A stretch of 64,000 nt of DNA, from assembly GCA_044222475.1 (NCBI GenBank), contig JBGANF010000031.1:1-64000 (forward strand), given 5' to 3'. Below the pieces are notes generated by a model, which ran no database searches, was not told where the DNA came from, and worked only from the letters and a program-made list of their open reading frames with translations. The number at the start of each line of letters is the position of its first letter. Within the stretch, counting starts at the first letter, position 1. Below are positions 9,401 through 19,962 of the stretch, piece by piece. A program made the translations under genes and the position numbers. Origin of the DNA: Polyangiaceae bacterium (GTDB lineage: Bacteria; Myxococcota_A; Polyangia; Polyangiales; Polyangiaceae).

Positions 9401-10332
9401 TCGATCCATCCTTCCATCACCCGAAGGTCCTCCGCAATCTCGACGTCCCCCGGACCGTCCGCGAGGACGCGCTGGTAGCTGACGAACCAACGTACTCGGC
9501 CCGCTCGCGCGGCGAACGCGATCGTCGTCGCGTTCGCGCCGTGGGTTCCCGGGCGCGTGTCCGCGATCTCGAAGCGCTCGCCGTGCACCAGCGAGAACGC
9601 TCGGCCGACGGTCCGCATTTCACGATCGGTCACGTCTCCGTTCGCATCGACGGTCTCGAGCCCGATGGCCAGACGGCGAAAGAGATCGCCGGTGGGCACG
9701 GCGTGGGCCACGGTCGCCGGCGACAGCGTCACCGCGATGTCGGCATCCGTTCGAGATGCCTTCACCGCGATCGCGGATCGGAGCCACACCGGATCGCGGC
9801 CGCCGCCGAACAGGTGGCTCTGGTGCCCGTTCGTCTTCGGCATGTGGCACTCGGTGCACGGCACCCCGGCGAGCGGCGACGCGGCGTGCTCGGAGAGCGT
9901 GCGCTGCATCCGATCCTCGGGCCGATTCGACGCTTCGCGCCCGGGGAAGGAGAACTCGTGGCAGCCGGCGCACGCCACCGCGGGATCTCGCTTCTTCTTC
10001 CCGTGCGGCTCGGTGTGACACGTCGTGCACGCGGTGCCGAGCGACGCGAGCGCTGGCTGCCCTCCCCCGCTCGCGTCTTCCGGGGCGTGGCAGTCGACGC
10101 AGAACCGCTGCGTCTCCCGCGCGTACGCGGCCTGAAAGATCGGATCGTCGAACGATGTGTGGTGGAGGCTCTTCCGCCACTCGTCGGCGATCTCTGCGTG
10201 GCACGTCGCGCACTTCGCGTTTGCGGCGACGGGGTCGGTGCGCACGGTCGACGGCGACGCGGGCGGCGCGCCGCGGCATGCGGCTCCGAGGAGCGCAGTC
10301 GTCAGGAGCGCGATGGAGCACCGGACTCGCAC
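9397..10332 (-). CDS. Multiheme (five CxxCH) c-type cytochrome lipoprotein, cytochrome c554-like N-terminus
   Basis: CATCH, CVDCH, CTTCH, CAGCH, CTECH; EWRKSLH; GAAC lipobox. Confidence 0.88.
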   Translation of the reverse strand: MRVRCSIALLTTALLGAACRGAPPASPSTVRTDPVAANAKCATCHAEIADEWRKSLHHTSFDDPIFQAAYARETQRFCVDCHAPEDASGGGQPALASLGTACTTCHTEPHGKKKRDPAVACAGCHEFSFPGREASNRPEDRMQRTLSEHAASPLAGVPCTECHMPKTNGHQSHLFGGGRDPVWLRSAIAVKASRTDADIAVTLSPATVAHAVPTGDLFRRLAIGLETVDANGDVTDREMRTVGRAFSLVHGERFEIADTRPGTHGANATTIAFAARAGRVRWFVSYQRVLADGPGDVEIAEDLRVMEGWIE

Positions 10333-10384
10333 GTCGGTGAACGAACGTACCAGACGGACTCCGCATTCGCGACTCGGCCGCGAG

Positions 10385-11581
10385 TCAGGGGACCGAGCAG
10401 CGAGACGTCTCCGGATCGCAGCGGTGTTCGCGCTTTCCAGTCGCGAGATCGACGCGCTCGTAGAAGCTTCCGGCCGATCCCTGGCTCACGACGAAGACCT
10501 TCGGGCCTTGCACGTCGAGGTAGGCGACGTGAAGGTACTCCGAGTGACCGACACCGAGCGACGCGACCTTCGTCTCCCACTTGGTTGCGCCGGTCGCTCC
10601 GTCGAGCCTGACGAGGTCCACCCCGCTGTCGCTGATGTGACCGTAGTTTCCGACGAGCAGGTCGGCTCCGACGTCGACGACGTCGTTGCCGGCGACGAAC
10701 GTCTCGGCCAAGGGCGGTCGCGACCATTTCGTCGCGCCGGTGTCGTCGATCAAAGCGACCCGCTTGTCGGTGAACACGAGGAGGCCGGCCGGCGATGCGT
10801 GTGTACTCTGCACGGATTCGTGCAGACGGTAGAGCTCTTTGCCCCCGTGATCGAACACGACCGTCACGCGCTTGCTCGAGTCGCGGACGACGATGCGACG
10901 CGGGTCGACGTCGATCGAGTCGGGATCCATCTCGGCGGCGACCTTCGCCCGCCATGCCTCCTTGCCGTCGGCGAGGCGAATCGCGACGAGGGCGCGACCG
11001 GGCACGCTGCCCGACGTGCAGTCGGTCGCGAAGACGTAGGTGCCGTCGGTCGCGAGCCGGTCGGCCGGGCCGGGGGCGGTCCACGTCGGTCGTCCGGTGG
11101 CGTCGTCGAACGCGTGGAGCGTTTCGTCGACCGCCACGACGGCCACGCCGCTCGAGACGATCGCGTCGGGCTGTCGCACCGATCGAACGCCGGCGAGGGG
11201 GGTGGACCACCGCGTCGCGCCCGCCTTTGCATCGTAGCGAACGACGCCCGTCCGATCGACTCGCACGGCGGTGCGGTAGCCGACGATGGAGCCCGTGTTC
11301 GCGTCGACCACGAGGTCGCCGAGGGCGTAGCGGTTCGTTCCGCCACGCAGGGGAAACGCGGTGTCGTACTTGGTCGCCCCGGCGACCCGGCCGACCGTCG
11401 CCGCGCCCGCGCGGTCGACGAGGCGATCGTTGATCACGAGAGGCGCGACCGCGGCCGTAGACGGAGCGACCGACGGCGCTACCGCGCTCGGGGCCGGAGG
11501 GAGGTCCACGGCGGGCGCGCTCGACGGAGAGGTCTTGCAACCCGCCACGACCACGACGAACGCCGCGAAGACACGCTTCAT
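10385..11581 (-). CDS. PQQ-like beta-propeller repeat lipoprotein
   Basis: VAGC lipobox; repeats DDATGRPTW, LADGKEAW, DDTGATKW, DGATGATKW. Confidence 0.85.
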   Translation of the reverse strand: MKRVFAAFVVVVAGCKTSPSSAPAVDLPPAPSAVAPSVAPSTAAVAPLVINDRLVDRAGAATVGRVAGATKYDTAFPLRGGTNRYALGDLVVDANTGSIVGYRTAVRVDRTGVVRYDAKAGATRWSTPLAGVRSVRQPDAIVSSGVAVVAVDETLHAFDDATGRPTWTAPGPADRLATDGTYVFATDCTSGSVPGRALVAIRLADGKEAWRAKVAAEMDPDSIDVDPRRIVVRDSSKRVTVVFDHGGKELYRLHESVQSTHASPAGLLVFTDKRVALIDDTGATKWSRPPLAETFVAGNDVVDVGADLLVGNYGHISDSGVDLVRLDGATGATKWETKVASLGVGHSEYLHVAYLDVQGPKVFVVSQGSAGSFYERVDLATGKREHRCDPETSRCSVP

Positions 11582-11619
11582 ACGACCGTTCTACGGCGCG
11601 GCCCGACGAACGATCCCCG

Positions 11620-12447
11620 TCAGGCGGGCGGCGGCAGCGAAAAGCCCCGCACCCGCGCCTTTCGCACCATGTGGCGAAGCGGCTCGAAGTGCCCGTCCGG
11701 GATGACGCGGAATCCGGTCGCGCGAAAGAGGCGCTGGAACAGCTCTCGCTCGGGCGGCGTCACCCCGAGCAGCCAACGCGCGAGCGACGCGCGGAGCGCC
11801 GGCGAGAGGCGGGTCGACGCCACGATCGCGTCATTGGGGATCGGACCGGCGACGTCGATCACGTGGATCGGCTTGTCGCTGCGTCCGTCCGCTTCGGTCC
11901 ACCCGCCGGTCACGATCTTCTTCGTGCCAGCCTCCATGTTGCAGAACGTCACGCCGAAGTCGGCCTTGCCCGCGAGCACGGTGTTCACGACCGCGAGGTG
12001 ATCGCCGACGAACGTCTCGCTGCTGAAGAACGAGCCCACGTCGTACCCGAGCGCAGAGAGGTGCAGACGCGGGATGACGTACCCGGACGCACTCTCGCGA
12101 TCGACCCACACGACGGACCGTCGCTTGCAGTCGGCGAGGGTCTTCGGGCCACCTTTGCGGGTGATGAACGCGGCGTAGTAGCTCGCCATCCCCTTGCGCG
12201 CAGGGAGGACGAGCGGGACCGCCACGCCGTTCTCGTCACACTCGATGGTGAGGATGGGCGGCAACCAGGCGAGCCCGAGCGAGCCGCGGTCGAGGCGATG
12301 GGACAAGTCGCGGTAGTTGGGCGCGATGTGAGGGACGATCTTCTCCCCCGTCGCCTTCGATGCGTAGGAGCAGATCTCGGCGAGGATCACGTCCGGTGCG
12401 TGGATCCCTGCGGCCTTCGCCACGCCGAATCCCCAAGTGGACTGCAC
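11620..12447 (-). CDS. PhnD-like phosphate/phosphite/phosphonate substrate-binding-family protein
   Basis: WVDRESASGYVIPR, HLAVVNTVLAGKADFG, GPIPNDAIV. Confidence 0.8.
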   Translation of the reverse strand: MQSTWGFGVAKAAGIHAPDVILAEICSYASKATGEKIVPHIAPNYRDLSHRLDRGSLGLAWLPPILTIECDENGVAVPLVLPARKGMASYYAAFITRKGGPKTLADCKRRSVVWVDRESASGYVIPRLHLSALGYDVGSFFSSETFVGDHLAVVNTVLAGKADFGVTFCNMEAGTKKIVTGGWTEADGRSDKPIHVIDVAGPIPNDAIVASTRLSPALRASLARWLLGVTPPERELFQRLFRATGFRVIPDGHFEPLRHMVRKARVRGFSLPPPA

Positions 12448-12460
12448 GCGCGAGACGATA

Positions 12461-13318
12461 TCACGACGTCGCGCCGAAGAGCGACGCCCGCGCTTCGTCG
12501 CTCAGGCGCACGCCGTGACGCTCGAGCGGGACGAGGAGCTCCTCGGCGACCTCGCGGGCGAGCGGCGTCGCGCGAGCCGATTCGAGCCAGCCGAGCTCGT
12601 GCAGGTGGTCGACCCGGAGGCCTCCCGGCGTGACGCCGTCTTTCACTTCGCCGGGCTGGCCGGACCAGAACGTCACGAAGCTCCTCATCGTGGTCTCGAG
12701 CACGCGCGACAAGCGCGCGCGCTCCGCGTCGTCCCAGTCTTCGCTGGCCCACTCCAGGTAGAGCGCTCCGAGCCGCTTGTGGCGCGCTTCGTCCGCCATG
12801 ATGATCTCGTTGACCGCCTTGATCATGGGATGAGTCGGGAGCTTCAGCGCCGGAGCGCCCACTCCGAACGCGAACGCTTCACCCACGCAACAGATACGGA
12901 GCAACACCTCGTTGGCGCGCATCTTCGCGGGCAGCCGGAGATCGGCGCGGAGCGCGAAGCGGTCCATGTCGACCGTCATCGGCGCTGCGCCGCCGAGCTC
13001 CATCGCGACGCGCGCGGCGAGCTCGGTGTGCAGCACTTCGTCGGCCAGGAAGTCGCTGGCCATCCCGATCATGTCGAGCGGGGCCATCGCGTCGGTGAGC
13101 GCGCGGATCACCTCCGCGAACGAGGCGACCGCGCGGTATTCGTTCATCGAGACTTCGGTCCACGAAGCGCGCACGGCCTGGAGCAGATCGGGCGCGTAGC
13201 GGCTCGTGTCGATCGTGCCCCACGGTACCTTCTCGGTGTCGGGGCGGGCGCGACGGAAGAAATGCTCGGTCGTTCCGCCGAGCCACTCGAGCTCGAAGAG
13301 CGAGCCCTTCGCGTTCAT
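12461..13318 (-). CDS. Ferritin-like diiron-carboxylate domain protein
   Basis: E(NEY)...DEVLH...E(GEA)...DEARH paired ExxH ligands. Confidence 0.85.
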   Translation of the reverse strand: MNAKGSLFELEWLGGTTEHFFRRARPDTEKVPWGTIDTSRYAPDLLQAVRASWTEVSMNEYRAVASFAEVIRALTDAMAPLDMIGMASDFLADEVLHTELAARVAMELGGAAPMTVDMDRFALRADLRLPAKMRANEVLLRICCVGEAFAFGVGAPALKLPTHPMIKAVNEIIMADEARHKRLGALYLEWASEDWDDAERARLSRVLETTMRSFVTFWSGQPGEVKDGVTPGGLRVDHLHELGWLESARATPLAREVAEELLVPLERHGVRLSDEARASLFGATS

Positions 13319-13668
13319 TTCTTCTTGTCGGGTACGCGCGCCGTGGTGCCGACGGTCGGGCTGACGTCGTCGTCGACCACCGCGGTCGTGCCGACGCGAT
13401 CGGGGTGAAACTCGGGGAGCTTGCCGGCGTCTCGCTCGACTGCGATCTTGCCGACCTTGCCGGCGTCGAGGATCGGTGCCGGCTCAACGCCGACAGGAGG
13501 CGACGCTTGGACCGTCTGCGTGGCAGCGGCGTCCTCGCTGGAGGCATCGGGCTCGGCGTAGTCGGGTCGGCCGACCTTGCCGACGGGCCCTTCGGCGGGA
13601 GTGCATCCCACGACTGCGGCCATCGATGTGGCGGTAACGCACAGGAGCATCGTCTTACGGCGCTTCAT
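13315..13668 (-). CDS. Small lipoprotein-like peptide with repeated VG-core motifs
   Basis: Basic N-terminus, hydrophobic stretch, VVGC; stop overlaps the ferritin-like start (ATGA). Confidence 0.75.
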   Translation of the reverse strand: MKRRKTMLLCVTATSMAAVVGCTPAEGPVGKVGRPDYAEPDASSEDAAATQTVQASPPVGVEPAPILDAGKVGKIAVERDAGKLPEFHPDRVGTTAVVDDDVSPTVGTTARVPDKKK

Positions 13669-13730
13669 GGGGATCCATTGCTAGCAGAGTGGGTCATCGC
13701 TCTCCACGAAACGCGGCCGCCCGCCGAGGC

Positions 13731-14213
13731 TTACACCCCGAGCTCGATGCCCTGCTGCGCGAGCCGGGCGCGGGCGCGCTCCGCTCGGTCGCAGGTGGGG
13801 ATCGCCACGACGGCGAGGACGAGCGACGTGATCGAGGCCACCGGGGACAGGAGCAGGAAGAACGCGGTGAAATGGAGGAGGTACGTCGTGATCGCCCAGC
13901 CGGTCGTGACCACGAAGAGGATACCGGCGTACGCGACCGTCGCCACCGCCGCCCACCGGTGGGCGCCGGCGAGCTTAGCGCCGAGGTAGATCGCGAACAC
14001 GCCCATCGCGAGCACCAGCCAGGGCGCGGCCACGAGGACGCCGGCGAAACGCACCATGAGCCACGTCTGGAGCGACGAGAGCACCGTCGACAGCCCGGCC
14101 ACGGCCGTCGCCGCTCCAGCGGCCCTGGCCATCCCAAGTTGGGACAACGCATCCATGTCGTCGTCGTCGGGCGTGCGGCCCGGGTGCGGGTTCCAAGGGC
14201 CGTGCGCGCTCAT
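13731..14213 (-). CDS. Hypothetical 4-TM membrane protein
   Basis: MSAHGPW start overlaps upstream stop; four hydrophobic segments. Confidence 0.72.
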   Translation of the reverse strand: MSAHGPWNPHPGRTPDDDDMDALSQLGMARAAGAATAVAGLSTVLSSLQTWLMVRFAGVLVAAPWLVLAMGVFAIYLGAKLAGAHRWAAVATVAYAGILFVVTTGWAITTYLLHFTAFFLLLSPVASITSLVLAVVAIPTCDRAERARARLAQQGIELGV

Positions 14214-15085
14214 GAATCGGGCTCGATGGCGAGATGGTCCTTCGCTTCCGGCAAGAACGCGAAGATGAACCGAGCCGCTTCTTCGTCGACCCACACGGTA
14301 CCCGGCGGACGAGGCTCGCCACGCCACGTACCTCCGAGGCGCGCGAGCGCCACGGCGAGCATCGCCTCGGCCAGCATCGACTCGTTGCCGGTGAGCACGT
14401 TGGCGAGGAGCGCGCGCTCTTCGTCGAGCGCTGCCACGGCGTCCTCCGGCTTGTCCCGTTTGAGAGCGACGAAAGCCTTCGCGCGCGCGCCGTAGGCGAG
14501 GGCCATCGGAAGGTGGGTTGCGCCGTCACCGGTACCGAGGAGGGACAGCTCTCTCTCGGCCGCGTCGAGATCGCCGGTGGCAGCGAGCGCGAAGCCGAGG
14601 TGCGCCCGGACGAGGGCGGTGACCGCATCCGGCGTGCGGCGCAGGCGGAACGCAGCCGCGCTGACGGCGTGGGCGGCGCGGAAGATCGCCACCGCGGACT
14701 TGGCGTTGCCGGCCCGCAGAGCGACGACGCCGAGGTTGTGGAGGCCCATGGCCGCGTTCTCGCGCGTGGTGCGGTGGCTCACGAGGGCGCGGAAGCGTTC
14801 GGCGGCGCGGCGGTCGTCGCCACGGAGCAACGCCGACACCCCTTCGTTGTTGATGCGCACGGCGCTGACGGCGCGCAGGTACCAGACGACGAAGAGCCCG
14901 ATGACGAAGAAGACGACGAGGTACGCGAGCGCGAGCTCGCGCGCGAGCATCATGCCGAGGATCGCGACGACGCCGAGGATCAACACGAGGACGAACCCGC
15001 CGGTGCTCCCGAGCGTCTTGATCTGCGCCCCGCCGAGCTCGGAGGTCGCCTCGGCCGCCCGGCGGGCTTCTCGCTCGGTCGTCAC
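14210..15085 (-). CDS. 2-TM membrane protein with TPR-like helical repeats
   Basis: GTG start coupled to upstream stop; INNEGVSALL..., HNLGVVALRAGNAKSA TPR pattern. Confidence 0.78.
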   Translation of the reverse strand: MTTEREARRAAEATSELGGAQIKTLGSTGGFVLVLILGVVAILGMMLARELALAYLVVFFVIGLFVVWYLRAVSAVRINNEGVSALLRGDDRRAAERFRALVSHRTTRENAAMGLHNLGVVALRAGNAKSAVAIFRAAHAVSAAAFRLRRTPDAVTALVRAHLGFALAATGDLDAAERELSLLGTGDGATHLPMALAYGARAKAFVALKRDKPEDAVAALDEERALLANVLTGNESMLAEAMLAVALARLGGTWRGEPRPPGTVWVDEEAARFIFAFLPEAKDHLAIEPDS

Positions 15086-15891
15086 GAGAGCACCGCCTGG
15101 CCCTCGGGGAGCGCCCGCGCGATCCACTCACGGAGCACCGGGTCGGCGACGGACGATCGCTCGCTCGCGCCACTGAGCTTGGACTTGGCGAGCGCGCCGG
15201 CGACGCGGACGAACGCACGATCGCGAGCACCGAACGCGTTCCGGTGGAGCGCGCGCTCGCGCGCGACGCGGTCGCGAACATCGGCAAATCGTCCCTTTTT
15301 GGTATCGATGAGGATCGCCGCGCGGCTCGCCAGGGCCGCGGCTTGCGGGAACCCGTCCTTGTGCTCGGTGCTACGGAGCGCAGCTTCGGCGGGATCGACC
15401 AGACCGCAAGCCGCGAGCGCGAACGCGCGGCGCGCGCCGAAGAGCGGGAGGAGCTGGTTGTGGACGATGGTTCTCCGCTCGGCGCGAAGGAGACCCTCGC
15501 CGCGCGCGAAGACGTCCGCCGCTTCCGCGAAGTCGCCTGCGGCCTCTGCGCACTCTCCGAGCGCGAGGAGCAGGATCGCCTTGATGTGCCCCGCCGTTCG
15601 CTTGCCGAGCAGGCCGCGAATGCGCTCGGTCGCCGGCTCGAGCTGGCCGCGCATGCGCTCGAGGTTGGCGAGCTCGATGCCGAGACGCACGTCTTTGCCG
15701 CCGCGCTGCGACATCACCATGGCGACGATGATCGCGAGGCTGGCCAAGCCGAACATCGCGACGAGCCAGCCGTCCCAGGCGAAGAACACCCCGATGAAGC
15801 AGAGCGACAGAGTGACCCACAGCGGGATGCCCCAGACGGCACGAATGGGCTTTCGCCCCACGTCGACGCCGTCCAGGTACCGGTTGGCCAT
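15082..15891 (-). CDS. 2-TM membrane protein with TPR-like helical repeats
   Basis: Two TM helices followed by LALGECAEAAGDFAEAADVF. Confidence 0.78.
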   Translation of the reverse strand: MANRYLDGVDVGRKPIRAVWGIPLWVTLSLCFIGVFFAWDGWLVAMFGLASLAIIVAMVMSQRGGKDVRLGIELANLERMRGQLEPATERIRGLLGKRTAGHIKAILLLALGECAEAAGDFAEAADVFARGEGLLRAERRTIVHNQLLPLFGARRAFALAACGLVDPAEAALRSTEHKDGFPQAAALASRAAILIDTKKGRFADVRDRVARERALHRNAFGARDRAFVRVAGALAKSKLSGASERSSVADPVLREWIARALPEGQAVLS

Positions 15892-15939
15892 GTGGGGTAC
15901 CTATACGCGGCCGCCGCGGTTTTTCCACCCGCCGCGCGC

Positions 15940-16187
15940 TCAGCCTGCCACGAGCCTCGCGAGGACGACCACGACCGCGTGCAGCGCGAACGCCGACACG
16001 GCGGTGATCGCCTCTCGCCGCGCCGCGCCACCGAGCCCATCGAGCACCGCGAGCGGCGGCAGGCACGCGCCGAGGACCATGCGCCCCCGCGTGAGGCGAG
16101 GAGCGAGCGCGCGCACGAGGAACACGTGGGCCGTGATGCTCGTGAGCAGCGTGAGGAGCGCGAGGACGCCGAACAGGTTCGCCACGT

Positions 16188-16191
<4 letters not shown>
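15940..16191 (-). CDS. Small hydrophobic membrane protein coupled to cstA
   Basis: GTG overlaps the cstA stop (GTGA); 83 aa, hydrophobic. Confidence 0.6.
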
Positions 16192-18269
<2,078 letters not shown>

Positions 18270-18283
18270 TCCCTGGTTCTACC

Positions 18284-18811
18284 CTAGTCTTCGAAGTCGC
18301 CCCAGCGCGTCGCGACCGCGTAGCCGAGGAGGGCCATGCCCAGGAGCCCGTAGCCCGCCTGCGCGGCCGCATCGCCCTTGAGCGAGACGAGGATGCCGAA
18401 CGTCCCCGAAGCGGCGAGCAGGTAGACACCCCACTTCTTCCACGCGAGCGTACCGAGGACGCCTACGAGCTGGATCGACGAGACGATGATCATCGCGAGC
18501 AGCGCGTTCGCGATCGACTTCACCGGCTGGTGATCGAGGATCGTGTTCGGGTCGGCGTGGCTCATCGCGAAGTAGCCGATGGTCCCGAACAGGACACCGA
18601 GGATCGCGCCCGTACCCTTCAGGAAGAGCGCAGCCGCCAAGTAGCGCGACCGTGTGCGCGTCGCGGTGAACGACGCGGTGGGCGGCCCGAGCTCGATCGG
18701 CGGCGGCGCCGGAGCGCCAGGCGGACGAAACAGATTTTGGGAAGGCGGAGGTGGCTCCGGAACCCGGCGTGACGACGGCGGTGGCGGCGGCGGCGGAACA
18801 CCCCCCTGCAT
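18284..18811 (-). CDS. Hypothetical membrane protein with Pro-rich N-terminus
   Basis: Poly-Pro N-terminus followed by four hydrophobic segments. Confidence 0.75.
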   Translation of the reverse strand: MQGGVPPPPPPPSSRRVPEPPPPSQNLFRPPGAPAPPPIELGPPTASFTATRTRSRYLAAALFLKGTGAILGVLFGTIGYFAMSHADPNTILDHQPVKSIANALLAMIIVSSIQLVGVLGTLAWKKWGVYLLAASGTFGILVSLKGDAAAQAGYGLLGMALLGYAVATRWGDFED

Positions 18812-18815
18812 GCTT

Positions 18816-19817
18816 CTACCCTCCGAATCCGGTCACCACCGTGCCGGACACCACCTGTTTGGGCACCGAGAAGAGGAGCGTGATCACGCGCGCGACGCGG
18901 ACCGTCGCGCCGACGCGGAGCGGAACCTCCGCACCTTTCGGCACGTGTTGGTTGTCGACCTCGGTCACCGCGTCGCTGAGAACGCGAAGGATGAACCCGT
19001 GGGGCGAGCGGCGCAGCTCGAATTGCCAGCGGCTGATCTTCGCGGTCGTCTCGGCGTCGGGTCCGGCGAGGACGATGTCGTTCGCGACGACGCCTTCGTG
19101 ATCGGCGATGCGCCCGAAGCCGATCAAGTCGCGGCACGGAAGCTCCCACGTCTGACCGGTCTCGAGGCAGCGGACCGCGGTGGGGAAGAGGTTCGTGTCG
19201 TGCCAGTCGAGCTCCATGATCTCGACCGGAACCTCCACGCCTTTGAGCGACACCGGTGCGACGCCGCGGCAGGAGACTCGGAGAACGGCAGGGAGCTCCT
19301 GGAAAGCGGAGCGCGTCAGGCGGATCTGCGCGTCGCGCTTGCCCTGCTCTTTGCCGCTACCGGCGACGCGAGCGCAGAGGTTCACCGAGTCGCCGGCGAC
19401 GCTCGTTCCGTCGGTGAGGACCATGCCCCAGTGCAGACCGCCACGCAGCGTGAGGTGGTGCTCGCGTGGCTGGGTGAAGTTCTGAGCGGAGCAGCCCCGT
19501 TGGATGTCGATGAGGGCGGCCGCCCCCGACGCGGCGTCGCCGAAGGCGAAGAACGCACCATCCCCGGCGGTATCGACGAGGCGACCACCGCGGGTCGCGA
19601 TGGCGTTGTTGACGAGGTCGAAGTGACGCTGCTGGAGCGCGCGCCCCGCGACGTCTCCGAAGCGCCGGAAGTACTCGACCGACTCGACGATGTCGGTGAA
19701 GCAGAGGGCGAGCATGCGGCCGAAACGGCGCTGCATGACTTGCGACAAATCGTTCTGCATCCGCAGAAGCTCGGCGAGGGTCGCTGTCTCGGGCTCGAAC
19801 TGCACGACCCGCAGCAT
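18816..19817 (-). CDS. Class III nucleotidyl (adenylate/guanylate) cyclase fused to a C-terminal FHA domain
   Basis: FTDIVES, TAGDG, RGGLHWG, GDSVNLCARV; FGR...ISRWQ FHA-like motifs; start uncertain. Confidence 0.87.
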   Translation of the reverse strand: MLRVVQFEPETATLAELLRMQNDLSQVMQRRFGRMLALCFTDIVESVEYFRRFGDVAGRALQQRHFDLVNNAIATRGGRLVDTAGDGAFFAFGDAASGAAALIDIQRGCSAQNFTQPREHHLTLRGGLHWGMVLTDGTSVAGDSVNLCARVAGSGKEQGKRDAQIRLTRSAFQELPAVLRVSCRGVAPVSLKGVEVPVEIMELDWHDTNLFPTAVRCLETGQTWELPCRDLIGFGRIADHEGVVANDIVLAGPDAETTAKISRWQFELRRSPHGFILRVLSDAVTEVDNQHVPKGAEVPLRVGATVRVARVITLLFSVPKQVVSGTVVTGFGG

Positions 19818-19934
19818 ACCCTGACAACGGTGTCGCGGAAACGGCCTCCGGATCATGCTCGGCCGGGACCTCCGAAGCGCACCGCGTAACGAAACACGCG
19901 TGAACGGCGCGATCGCGCACCGCCGTTCGCAGCG

Positions 19935-19950
19935 CGGCACATGCGTTGCA
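19935..19950 (+). promoter_or_regulatory. Putative sigma54 -24/-12 promoter
   Basis: CGGCACATGCGTTGCA upstream of ATG 19963; 8-bp inverted repeat GAACGGCG/CGCCGTTC at 19902-19928. Confidence 0.65.
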
Positions 19951-19962
19951 AAACGATGCTCG

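Noticed and set aside
18816..19817. Cyclase as a Pycsar or CBASS defence system
   Set aside because: FHA fusion and no adjacent cNMP-binding TIR/TM effector; looks like signalling
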